Positions 41,593-53,582 of a stretch of 64,000 nt of DNA are shown here, piece by piece (position 1 is the stretch's first letter; the number at the start of each line of letters is the position of its first letter). Source of the DNA: Dendrobates tinctorius. Its lineage: Eukaryota. Both the position numbers and the translations under genes were made by a program. The stretch covers positions 19,654,001 to 19,718,000 of the forward strand of contig NW_027361690.1 in NCBI RefSeq assembly GCF_039654945.1. The letters run 5' to 3'. The notes beneath the pieces were generated by a model, which was not told the origin of the DNA, ran no database searches, and saw nothing but the letters and a program-made list of their open reading frames with translations.

Positions 41593-42683
41593 AACTCTTG
41601 TATTTAAAAATTTTTGCAATAGATTTTTTTACTTTTTTATTCCAGGATATTTGTTTTGTGTTTTGTTTTTGGTTTTCACCGGGTGGTTACAGTAGAGTCA
41701 TCATACCGCGCATCTGGGGAGTGCAGGATTAAAATTCACTGTGGTGGTATCATACTGTGTTTGGGAGCACTTTTGTTGACATCATACTTTATAGGGGCAA
41801 TGAACGAGGAATCTAGGGCTTCAAAAAGAGGAAAATTACTCTGTAAGTGCTGCAAAGTTGTGAGATATGCTCTTCTGTGCCTCCCCCGAATATTATTATT
41901 TTTTACTTTTTTTATGAGGGAATCCCGATTAGAACTTCTTAAACGGGAACCCATTATTTCTATATATTTCTCTGACAGGAGCGGAAGATGAGAGCTTTGT
42001 CTATGTAGGAGCCAAACACACACTATCAGAACGCGCTCTCGTCTCTCCTATCAGCATTGGCCGCCTGCTGCTGCTGGAGCGCTGTCAGTCATCACAAGAA
42101 TGATAACTGAGGTGATGGGAAAGTTCTCTTTAAAATCTTAAAGAGATTAGTACTTTACTGAATAGTGTCAAAACTTTTAAAGCTTCTGAACTAGTAGATT
42201 TCTGGGAAAGCTGGGTAACAAGATTATGGATATAACGATATGCAGAGACTTTGAAGACATAGGCTGGAAAGTGAAGGAACTGGGAGCACAGGTCGTCTTC
42301 TCATACATCCTCCCAGTGGATGGGCATGGACCAAGGAGATTGAACAGGATTCTACAGGTGATCAACTGGCTACGTCGATGATGCCATGAGCAACGTTTTG
42401 GGTTTCTTGACCATGGAGTGAATTACCTGTATGATGGACTCCTTGCTAGAGATGGGTTGCATCTTACGAAAACAGCAAAACACATATTTGGTAGACGCCT
42501 TGCTATACTCATCAGGAGAGCTTTAAACTAGAGCAATATGAGATGGGAAATATACGGCCAGGTAGAAATATTCAGCTAATGAAGTTTTTGGAGAACCCTG
42601 CTATTTATTAGAAGTGCAAAAACGGCGTGAAAGTGCAATGAGGACTGCGCTTGCTTCTGGTGGAGTACAAAGTTCTTTATTCA

Positions 42684-42725
42684 GCCAACGCGTTTCCTGA
42701 GCCTACTGGCTCACTTCATCAGGGC
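42684..42725 (-). ncRNA. Type I hammerhead ribozyme (Penelope pLTR)
   Basis: Reverse complement of 45155-45196. Confidence 0.75.
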
Positions 42726-43590
42726 AGATTACATTGAAAGATAATGAAACATTCTTATAGAGAAAAAAAAAAAAAAATTGGCGCCAATGCAGGGTTAAAT
42801 GACATCAACAAAGGTCAAAAAAAAAACAACTCAAAAACAATGAAATTTTATTACAAACATAAAAACACTCCAATAAAAGTGTATTAAAAAAAGAAAAAGT
42901 ATAAAATTATGCAAAAATAAAAATAGAACAGAGTACTATGGATCACGGGGTAAAAAGTGACTAAGGTTAATGAAAAAAAAAAAAAAAAGGGGGGGGAGGG
43001 GTGAGACCTCAAGGAGTATTAGAACCTGGCTCATGAAGTGCAGATGTATGCTGTAAAGTGCAAGTACCAGGTATTAGTCCACTAAACCATTGGATTTAGC
43101 TGAAGTAGTTTAAGAAAAATTTTTTAGAAATTATTTGTTTTATAAAAAACAAAATCCAGCAAAATAACTTGAAGTGGTATTAGAACCTGACTAATAAAGT
43201 GCAAGTACAGGTTGTAAAGTATGAGGTATTAGTCCACTGAACCATTAGAATAAACAGAAGCGGTTTGAAGAACATTAAAGGAATTATTTGTCAATTTATT
43301 TTATAGGAATCAAAATTCAAAAAAAAACTTCAAATGGTATTTTTGTAAAGAAATAGTCTTTTCATTTTATTTTGTAGAGGGAAAATCAAAATTGGACATC
43401 AGAAAAAAAAAAAAAAATCACAAATGGTATCACAAAAAACTTCAAATGGTATTTTTGTAAAGAAATAGTCTTTTCATTTTATTTTGTAGAGGGAAAATCA
43501 AAATCGGACATCAGAAAAAAAAAAAAAAAAAAAGGCATAAAATTGGGTAAAATGTAATAAAAGTGTATGAAAATCACAATAAGGATGAAA

Positions 43591-44073
43591 TCAAATGAAA
43601 GCATCATTGATAATATTGAGGCCATAGGAGCCAATTGTCTTCAATTTATAGATCCAATAGACCTCTTTTCTGTTTAATGCTTGGGTTCTATTGGAAACGT
43701 GTTCAGGGATGTGTTCTATAGGAAAAATGATGGCTTTAGAAAAATCTCTTTGGTGAAATGAATCAAAGTGTTGTGACAGACCATGTTGTTGATATCCAAT
43801 TTTAGTGTTTTGTCTATGTGAGTTCATTCTACAATGAAGGGGTTGTGTGGTTCTCCCAACATACAATTTAGGACAAGGACACAGGATAACATAAATAACA
43901 AAGGCAGAAACACAGGACAGGTGATTAGTGATGGTGAATTTTTCTGAGGTGAATGGATGTGAAAAGATGAAAGTATTATGGGCAATATTACTGCAAAGGC
44001 TACATCTGGGCCTCTGGCATCTAAAAATGCCTGGTGTCAAGCCGGTATGATTGTCGGGAGTATATTGGTTCAA
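43591..44073 (-). pseudogene. Penelope GIY-YIG endonuclease C-terminal fragment
   Basis: C..PRC..C, VIYVILCPCPKLYVGRT, R...H, KEVYWIYKL..GLN. Confidence 0.9.
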
Positions 44074-45154
44074 TCTGCTAGGGGCCAGATGATTTTTTAG
44101 TGATCTGGCCTTCCTAAATGTAACAGTAGGTTTGTCAGGAAAAACTTTATTAAGTACAGGATCTTTTTGGATAATGTACCATATGTCCCCTAGTATATTT
44201 TTAATCTCCTTATGTTGGGGACCTATGGTACATTATCCAAAAAGATCCTGTACTTAATAAAGTTCTTCCTTTGCAGTAATATTGCCCATAATACTTTCAT
44301 CTTTTCACATCCATTCACCTCAGAAAAATTCACCATTTTTTTTTTTCTTTCTGATGTCCGATTTTGATTTTCCCTCTACAAAATAAAATGAAAAGACTAT
44401 TTCTTTACAAAAATACCATTTGAAGTTTTTTGTGATACCATTTGTGATTTTATTTTTATTTTTTTTTTTTCTGATGTCCGATTTTGATTTTCCCTCTACA
44501 AAATAAAATGAAAAGACTATTTCTTTACAAAAATACCATTTGAAGTTTTTTTTTGAATTTTGATTCCTATAAAATAAATTGACAAATAATTCCTTTAATG
44601 TTCTTCAAACCACTTCTGTTTATTCTAATGGTTCAGTGGACTAATACCTCGTACTTTACAACCTGTACTTGCACTTTATTAGTCAGGTTCTAATACCACT
44701 TCAAGTTAATTTGCTGGATTTTGTTTTTTATAAAACAAATAATTTCTAAAAAAAATTTCTTAAACCACTTCAGCTAAATCCAATGGTTTAGTGGACTAAT
44801 ACCTGGTACTTGCACTTTACAGCATATATCTGCACTTCATGAGCCAGTTTCTAATACTCCTTGAGGTCTCACCCCTCCCCCCTTTTTTTTTTTTCATTAA
44901 CCTTAGTCACTTTTTACCCCGTGATCCATACTACTCTGTTCTATTTTTATTTTTGCATAATTTTATACTTTTTCTTTTTTTAATACACTTTTATTGGAGT
45001 GTTTTTATGTTTGTAATAAAATTTCATTGTTTTTGAGTTTTTGTTTTTTTTTGTTTTTTTTTTTACCTTTGTTGATGTCATTTAACCCTGCATTGGCGCC
45101 AATTTTTATTTTTTTTTCTCTATAAGAATGTTTCATTATCTTTCAATGTAATCT

Positions 45155-45196
45155 GCCCTGATGAAGTGAGCCAGTAGGCTCAGGAAACGCGTTGGC
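45155..45196 (+). ncRNA. Type I hammerhead ribozyme (Penelope pLTR)
   Basis: GCC CUGAUGA AG UGAGCC AGUA GGCUCA G GAAAC GC GUU GGC; palindromic minimal stem III. Confidence 0.75.
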
Positions 45197-46215
45197 TGAA
45201 TAAAGAACTTTGTACTCCACCAGAAGCAAGCGCAGTCCTCATTGCACTTTCACGCCATTTTTGCAAATTTGTCCTAGGACCCTGTGCAGACTTGCTGCTG
45301 CTTCCCATGCGTTTATGGGTGTTGTGACTTTCTCACAACCCCAATAGGTGAGCACCTTCCTTTTTCTCTGTTAATGTGTTTTTTGATACGGATTTTACAC
45401 AGTGGATGCGCCCTGTATTTTTCCTTTCTATTTATTAGAAGTGGAAAGAAAGAACAGAATCAACAAACTCTGAATGAAAATAGAGGAGCAAGAGAAACTG
45501 ACTACAAGCTAAAATGTGTCTATACAAATGCACAGAGCATGGGAAACAAGGAGAATTGGAGCTGCTAACACAGGAAGAGAAATATGATGTCATAGGCATC
45601 ACTGAAACTTGGTGATATGATACTCATGCTTGGAATACAAATCTTGAAGGCTACAACTTATTTTTTAGAAACTGGATTAACAAGAAGGGAGGAGGTGTTC
45701 ATTGTATGTTAGGAAAATGCATATCTCCACAGAGATCCAAGCTTCAGAGACTGGTAGCTTTGTAGAAACTGTTTGGATAAGAATAAAAGGAGAGAAGAAC
45801 AGAGAGGAAACTATTGTAGGTGTTTACTATAGGCCTACTGGACAGACTGAAGATATGGATGGACTCATTTTATATCAAATGGTTCTTTTTTCAAAAAAGT
45901 ATGACATAGTGATCATGGGAGATTTTAGCTATCCATAAATTTGTTGGGAATCTCTCAGGCAAAAAATAATGGGTCTAGAAAATTCTTATCTTCTCTCGCT
46001 GACAACTTTATCTTTCAGAAGGTAGAAGAGAGAACAAGAGGATCTGCAATCTTGGACCTAATTCTTACCAACAAGAAGGAAATGGTTGAGGAAGTTAAAG
46101 TGGCTGGGAATTTAAGAGGCAGCGATCATGCTATCCTCCAATTTTGGATTACAAGAGGAGGAAGACCAGCGAGGACTCGGACTTTAAGGTTGGACTTCAG
46201 AAAGGCAAATTTTAA

Positions 46216-47452
46216 CCCCTTAATGATCAGAGCTTTTTTCGGTTTTGCGTTTTCGTTTTTTGCTCCCCTTCTTTCCAGAGCCATACATTTTTTTACTTTT
46301 CTGTCAATATGGCCATGTGAGGGTTTATTTTTTGCGGGATGAGTTGCAGTTTTGAACGATACCATTGGTTTTACCATGTCATGTAACAGAAAATGGGAAA
46401 AAAATTCCAAGTGTGGTGAAATTGCAAGAAAAGTGCAATCCGACACTTGTTTTTTGTTTGGCTTTTTTGCTAGGTTCACTAAATGCTAAAACTGACCTGC
46501 CATTATGATTCTCCAGGTCATTACAAGTTCATAGACACCAAACATGTCTAGGTTCTTTTTTATCTAAGTGGAGAAAAAAAATACCAAAGTTTGCTAAAAA
46601 AAAGTGCCTTTTTCCGAGACCCGTAGCGTCTCCATTTTTCGCGATCTTGGGTTAGGTAAGGGCTTATTTTTGTGCACAGAGCTGACATTTTTAATGATAC
46701 AATTTTTGTGCAGATACGATCATTTGATTGCCCGTTATTGCATTTTAATGCAATGTCGCTGCGACCAAAAAACGTAATTCTGGTGTTTTGATTTTTTTTT
46801 TCTCGCTACACCGTTTAGCGATCAAGTTAATCCTGATCGCTAATAATTTTTTTATTGATAGATCGCACGATTCTGAACACAGCAATACCAAATATGTCTT
46901 TGTTTGATGTTTTTTATTGTTTTATTTTGAATGGGGCGAATGGGGGGTGATTTAAACTTTTATTTTTTTATTTTTTTCATATTTTTAAAAACCTTTTTTT
47001 TACTTTTGGCATGCTTCAATAGCCTCCATGGGAGGCTAGAAGCTGCCACAACTCGATCGCCTCTACAACATAGAGGCGATGCTCAGATCACCTCAGTGTA
47101 GCAGATTTACTGCATTGCTATGAGTGCCGACAGAGTGGCGCTCATAGCAGTCCGGCATCAACAACCATAGAGGTCTCAAGGAGACCCCTGGTTGTCATGC
47201 AGACGAACCGATGACCCCTGATCACATGACGGGTCACCGGTGAGCGAATTTCCGGCCGGATGGCCGGGAGCGCTTGTTAACTAGTTAATAGCCGCGGGCG
47301 GATTGCGATTCTGCCCGCGGCTATTGCGGGCACATGTCAGCTGTTCAAAACAGCTGACACGTCCCTGTTTTGATGCGGGCTCACCGCCGGAGCCCACATC
47401 AAAGCGGGGTGCTGTCATCAGACACACTATTCCGTCCGATGGCAGAAAGGGG
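46216..47452. mobile_element. piggyBac-like non-autonomous element
   Basis: TTAA|CCCCTT...AAGGGG|TTAA. The CR1 sequence is continuous across it. Confidence 0.88.
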
Positions 47453-49933
47453 TTAATGGACTCAAAAAGAGGGTAGGAAAGGTCCAATGACTGAATGTTC
47501 TAAAGGACAGAAATGTTCAAGAAGGATGGGAGATTTTTCTAAATGAAATTCTCACCCGCAACATCGGTAACAATCACAAAAAGAAGGAAGAATTGGAGGC
47601 ATTTAAAGAGACCAGGGTGGATGAACACAGAACTTAATCACTTGTTAAAAAGGAATGTATATCAAATGGGGGTGGAGTCATATCTAAAGAAGAACATAAT
47701 GCTGTTTGCAGGGAATGCAGGGCAAGAACTAGAAGAGCTAAAGCCAGTAATGAAGTGAGGCTTGCAAGGGATACCAAAAGAAGTAAAAAATAATTTTGGA
47801 GGTATGTCCAAAGCAAAAGAAAAGTCAAAGATGCTATAGAATTTTTACATGATAAGAAGGGTGAAGTGGTCAAAAGTGATGTTGAGAAGGCTTATCTTTT
47901 AAATTCCTCTTTTGCATCTGTTTTCTCTAAGAAAGAAATCAACTGATCTTCAAGGTGCCATCAAAGGAATAAAAGAATCCACACTATCTATAAATAGAGA
48001 GATGGTGATGGAACACTTAGCTAATTTAAATGAATTTAAATTTCCTGATCCAGATGACTTACATCCTAGGGTACTGAAGGAGTTAGCAGAGGAAATCGCA
48101 GAACCACTAGCCAGAATCTTTGAAAAATCCTGGAAAACAGGAGCAGTCCCAGAAGATTGGAGGAGGGCAAATGTTGTCCCTATCTTCAAAAAAAGAAAGA
48201 CGACCGAGCCAGGAAATAGGCCAGTGAGCCTTACTTCTATAACAGGAAAGATATTTGAACAAATTATTAAACAGCATGTATGTAAGTACTTGGATAAGAA
48301 TACAGTTATTAACCAGAGCCAGCACGTTTTTCTAGCAAACAAGTAATGCCAGACTAATCTAATTTCCTTCTATGATGGAATCTGTCACTGGGTGGATCCG
48401 GGAAATGCGGTACATATAACATATCTCAACTTCTGCAAAGCATTTGATAAAATATCTCTCACTATCCTTATTAAAAAAAATGACCAAGTATGGGATTGAC
48501 AAGGCTAGGCTTAGATGGATTCATAACTGGCTCAGTGATCGTACTCAAAAGAGTGGTAATAAATGGTTGCACATCCAATTGGAAAAGTGTTTCAAGTGTG
48601 GTACCTCAAGGCTCTGTCCTGGCCCCAATGTTGTTCAGTATTTTTATAAATGATCTAGCTAAGGAAACTGAAGGTAAACTAATCAAATTTGCAGATGATG
48701 CAAAGCTAGGAGGGATAGTTAAGAAGAAGACAGAGAAGACATAGAAAGGATTCAGAAGGATCTAGATAAGTTAAACAATGGGCAGAGACTAATAGAAAGG
48801 TATTTAACAGAAAGAAATGCTAAATTCTACATCTGGGCAAGAAAAACAAAAATTACATCTATAGAATGGGAGGAATAGAACTAAGCAACAGCACGTGTGA
48901 AAAAGACTTGGGTATACTAATAGATCACAGACTGTACATGAGTCAACAGTGTGATGCAGCATCAAAAAAGGCAAACACAGTTCTAGGATGTATTAAGAGA
49001 CGCATAGAGTCTAGATCATGTGAAGTAATTATCCCCTTATACTCCTCATTGGTCAGGCCTCATCTGGAATATTGTGTCCAGTTCTAGGCAGCACATTTTC
49101 AAAAGAAAAACGAGCAAGTTTAGAGAAGAGCTACCAGGATGGTGAGTAGACTGGAAAGTATGTCCTACGAGGAACGGTTAAAGGATAGGGAAATTAACAA
49201 GAGAAGCAATGGTATGAAACTGAAAGGGAGGAGATACAGTTACAGGTTCGATATTAGAAAAAAGCGTTTTGACAGTGAGGGTGATCAATGAATAGGTTGC
49301 CACGAGAGGTGGTGATTTCTCCTTCGATGGAAGTCTTCATAAAGAGGCTGGACAGACATCTGTTTGAGATGGTATTGTGAATTCTGCATTAAGCAGGGGG
49401 TTGGACACGATGTCTCTGGAGGTTCTTTTAACTCCAACATTCTATGATTCTATGATAATGTAGACCCCTAAACGGTAATGGAGAGTAATTTGCAGTGATA
49501 TATACCTTGTCCTGATATATAACTTTGATCAATATATCTTTATAATGGTATGTTTTCAACAGACCACATAGTGACAGTATATGGACCAATTGCAGCCTCT
49601 TGGCAACTACGCACAGACGATTCCAAAAAACTACAGTATGTGTTAGCCTGGTCCGATGTATAGACTGGACTAATGCATCTAAATAGCAGGCAGCTCTTGC
49701 ATCTGTAAGGCTAGTTTCACACTAGCGTATGGAGGAGCTGCAGACGGCTGCGGGCTTCGTCCGTGAAGCTCTGCCCCCGGCCACGCCTCCTCCGTTTAGC
49801 CACGCCTCTGTCAGCATGCTGCATGCGTACCCCATCTTTAGCATTAGGTATGCAGGCCGTGCCGATGAATGCAGATGCCTCCGCATGCATCTTTTTGACA
49901 GTGGAGCGAGCGCACCAAAATGCAAGTACTTAA

Positions 49934-50369
49934 AGGGAATCTGTCACCCCTTTTTTGAGATATCATATAATGATATCATTCAATTGTGTGTCACATAAGG
50001 ATTCTCTTAGTACTTTTGCTTCCCCCTGACCCCGCACCTTTCATGCATAAATACCTTTTTTTATATCGGTTCAGATGTATGTAAACTGCCGCTGGGCGGG
50101 GCTTATTCACCTGCTCCCCCCCTCCCTGTCTTGCTCTACGTATTTCTTCTTGTGTAGAGCAAGACAGGGAGGGGGGAGCAGTTGAATAAGCCCCACCCAT
50201 CGGACCGGACCGTGGCAGTTTACATACATCTGAACCGATATAAAAAAGGTATTTATGCATGAAAGGTGTGGGGTCAGAGGGATGCAAAAGTACTAAGAGA
50301 ATCCTCATGTGACACACAATTGAATGATATCATTATATGATATCTCAAAAAAGGGGTGACAGATTCCCT
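49934..50369. mobile_element. T2/Kolobok-type MITE, near-perfect palindrome
   Basis: TTAA|AGGGAATCTGTCACCCC...GGGGTGACAGATTCCCT|TTAA. Confidence 0.9.
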
Positions 50370-50714
50370 TTAAATGACAGTATATTCTGCACTGCAGGTG
50401 CCCTCTTTATTCACAATATGGTGTGATCACTGTGATCATGTCAATGTCACTGCAGTCAGTCTTTAATCACATTTTTGTTCAAATTCCATCATAAATAACA
50501 ATTACTATAATGAGTACAGGTTCTAGCTATAAAAAAACAGAACATACAGTGGCATGTAAAGTTTTCTTTTGCATACTTCTGAATCTGAATTTTGAATTTT
50601 AGCTGACGAAACGTAGTAAAGGTTTTCTTCTGATGCCTCTTTCATGAAAGCCATATTTGTGCAGATGTCTCTGAACAGTAGAACAAGGTACCACACCTGC
50701 ACAGTTTGCTAATT

Positions 50715-51160
50715 CATAGAATTATAGAATGGTAGAGTTGGAAGGGACCTCCTGGTTCATCTGGTCCAACCCCCTGCTCAAAATATTATTCACTGAATTA
50801 TCCCAGACAGATGTCTGTCCAGACTTTGTTTGAAGACTTCCATTGAAGGAGAACTCACCACCTCTTGTGGCAGCCTGTTCCACTCATTGATCACCCTCAC
50901 TGTCAAAAAGCTTTTTCTAATATCTAATCTGTGTCTCCTCCCATTTAGTTTCATCCCATTGCTTCTAGTCTTTCCTTGTGCAAATGAGAATAAAGATGAT
51001 CCTTCTACAATGTGACAGCCCTTGAAATATTTGTAGACAGCTATTAAGTCTCCTCTCAGTCTTCTTTTTTTACAAGCTAAACATTTCAAAATCCTGTAAC
51101 CGTTCCTCATAGGACATGGTTTGCAGACAGGTCACCATTCTGGTCGCTCTTCTCTGAACT
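50715..51160 (-). mobile_element. 5'-truncated CR1 3' end
   Basis: Reverse complement of the CR1 end at ~60580-61020; RRLRGDLIAVYKY...WNRLP. Confidence 0.92.
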
Positions 51161-51427
51161 GTTTCTGGAGGTCTTCTGCAGTCAAGCTGGGTTTCTGATT
51201 TGCCTCTCTAGCAATCTTACGAGCAACTCACTGAAATTTAACTTTGTCTTCCAGACCTTAGTTTGACTTTCACTGTTCCTGTTAACTGCCATTTCTTAGT
51301 TACATTACAAACTGAGGAAACAGCGCCTTGAAAATTCTTTGCTATCTTCTTATGTCCTTCCCTTGCTTTTTAGGCCTCCACCATTTTCATTTTTAGGGTG
51401 CTAGGCAGCTGCTTAGAAAAGCCTAAC

Positions 51428-52035
51428 TGTGACGCCGCTTTCCCCGATGCCCCCCGAGCCCCAACATACTTACCTGTCCACGGCGTCCCGGTGTGCTCCC
51501 GGAGCTGGTGCGCGTCATCCGGCATCCACTCTTCCGGTCTCGCGGCCGGCTCCTGGCTCCCGTCGGGTGCGCGTGCACGTCTCTCGCACTGGACTCGGTG
51601 GCGCACGCACACATTTCCCTGCCTGACCGTGGCCACCCCTTCCCGGCTTCTCTATGACCTGGGAGGACCCTGACCCGGAAGTCTTCTTCCTCTCTCTGTT
51701 CTCTCTTAGTGCTCGCCTGCTCCAGCCTGTGCCTGTCTCCTCTTGTGTCGCCATTCCCCTCAGAGTGTTCCTCTTCAGCCTCTCTCCACCGCATCGGCAG
51801 TAGTCTCCCCTGTGATCTCCGGTTCCTGCTGCCAGCCTCTCTGCTAGTCCATCCTGTCTCCCGCTTGTGTCTCCTACTGTCCTTCCCTGGGTACCAGCTG
51901 TGGCAGCGATAGTCTCCCCTGAGCCTGCCCCTGAAGCTCCCTGTATAGGAGGTGGTACACCAGGCCAGCTCACCCGAGGGAGGTTCGTTTTCGCGGCCCA
52001 GCGGGTTCACTTTAGGAGTTCCACAAGTTCTCACA
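51428..52035. mobile_element. Probable solo LTR
   Basis: GC-rich block bounded by TGTGA...TCACA, interrupting the Tc1. TSD not convincing. Confidence 0.6.
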
Positions 52036-53582
52036 CAATCGCTGCTGTTTTTTGGCACAAGGTTAGAAGCTGAGAAATTTGCATCACCTGGCCTTTTCTA
52101 ACAATGACAGTGAACAAGCCAAAACTCTAACAAGCTAATTAAGGTCTGAAGCCATAGCCATAATTCTCTCCAAGGGTGCCCAAACTTTTGCATTTTTTCA
52201 TTTTCCTTTTTGTACTTTTTAGAATGTAAAAGATGAAAATATATTTTTATTCTTTTGCCTAAAATACATAGGAAATTTGTCATCTTTAACTTTAGGCCTT
52301 TTGGAGACCATTTCATCTTCAACTTACTTAACTCTTCACAACAACAGTAATTTTGACCTGAGGTGCCCAAAAATTTACATGCCACTGTATGTGGAAATTT
52401 CAGGATGTCTGAATGAGGTCATGGTCCATTTGGTGGCTTAGCTTACCAAGAACAAAATGATCAGCAGTCTGAAATTGGACATGCTAGATCCTTATACCCT
52501 CCAACATTACATTTTGAGGTTGAGTTGGGACCAGCCGCACACACAGCACGGGACATTTAGTTCATTCTAACAAGTTCAGCTTTACCGGACAGTTCAAGTA
52601 CATCAGTCTTTAACACACAGTATTGGCACAGCACCCTCCAGTTCTTGTTCCATCTACACAGTACATTTCAATAATTTTCTTACGTTCAGCTCAGACTATC
52701 CCTACGTTAAAAGGTCCTGTTAGCCCTAGGGATTCTCCACCCAGTTCAACAGTATTCCCAAGATCTACTCTTCCCTCATATGGTTTCACGTCCATCTTCC
52801 ACTGTATGGAAGGGTTGTTGGTGCTCTCCATAGTCCCTGACTTAAGCCTTGATCTCCGTACATTGCAGAAATGTCTGCTGAGAGTTTTGTAAGTCCTCAT
52901 ACTGCCAGAACAATTTGCCACCACTGTGCTTTCAGCCCATTGCCACTTGAACTTCACCTTGTCTCCAACAAACAATTTCACTATCACTTTCACTGACGCT
53001 AACCCACTAAAACCAGGAAGTCGCTCCCTTTTTGTCCTACTGGCGCCCCCAAATTGTGGGCTTGTACCAAATATTAACTATTTCCTAAATTCTGTACTAG
53101 CTGAATTTCTTTCCCATGCTTTCCCTATACCTGAGCTGAGTGTACCAGAGTTACCTTAAGCTTTACCTTGACAGTACCCACACAGCAGAATAAGTGCCTA
53201 TAACACTATACATTGTTTACATTAAACAACTAAAACGCATTCACACTCCAATTTCACAATGCATGTATAAAATGCATGACACTATTCACACTATACAATT
53301 GTCTTCAAGGGCAGGAAGATCACAGTATCTGTCGCAGCCTTAAGGGTACTTTATTATTATTATTATTATTATTTATTGTTATAGCGCCATTTATTCCATG
53401 GCGCTTTACATGTGAGGGGGGTATACATAAAAACAAGTACAATAATCTTAAACAATACAAGTCATAACTGGTACAGGAGGAGAGAGGACCCTGCCCGCGA
53501 GGGCTCACAATCTTCAAGGGATGGGTGATAATACAGTAGGCGAGGGTAGAGCTGGTCGTGCAGCGGTTTGGTCGATCGGTGG

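Larger units (their letters stand above)
40905..41677 (-). mobile_element. Retrozyme-like insertion: ~1.6 tandem copies of a 422-428 bp unit plus a short inverted segment
   Basis: 14-bp TSD ACCGGGTGGTTACA (40891-40904, 41678-41691). Unit starts at 40906 and 41334. ~41611-41677 is the reverse complement of ~40990-41057. Confidence 0.82.
42617..45427. mobile_element. Truncated Penelope-like element in fold-back (inverted) configuration
   Basis: 16-bp TSD CTATTTATTAGAAGTG (42601-42616, 45428-45443); ~0.9-kb inverted arms; GIY-YIG fragment; a hammerhead in each arm. Confidence 0.92.
42150..49455 (+). mobile_element. Degenerate CR1 LINE (ORF1 esterase remnant and ORF2), interrupted by two insertions
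   Basis: DGLHL-type SGNH remnant near 42450; YTNAQS, GVYYRP, MGDF, PQGSVL, KFADD, RPHLEYC; (ATTCTATG)n tail. Confidence 0.92.
50547..52387 (-). mobile_element. Deleted Tc1 element hosting two nested insertions
   Basis: TA|CAGTGGCATGTAAA...TTTACATGCCACTG|TA. Confidence 0.78.

Noticed and set aside
40905-41677. Hammerhead, twister, pistol or hatchet assignment for the 428-bp unit
   Set aside because: The diagnostic cores were not found by eye on either strand. Only the HDV-like topology fits, and imperfectly.
52691-52993. 100-aa minus-strand ORF
   Set aside because: No recognisable domain or splice context; possibly a decayed LINE ORF1 remnant.
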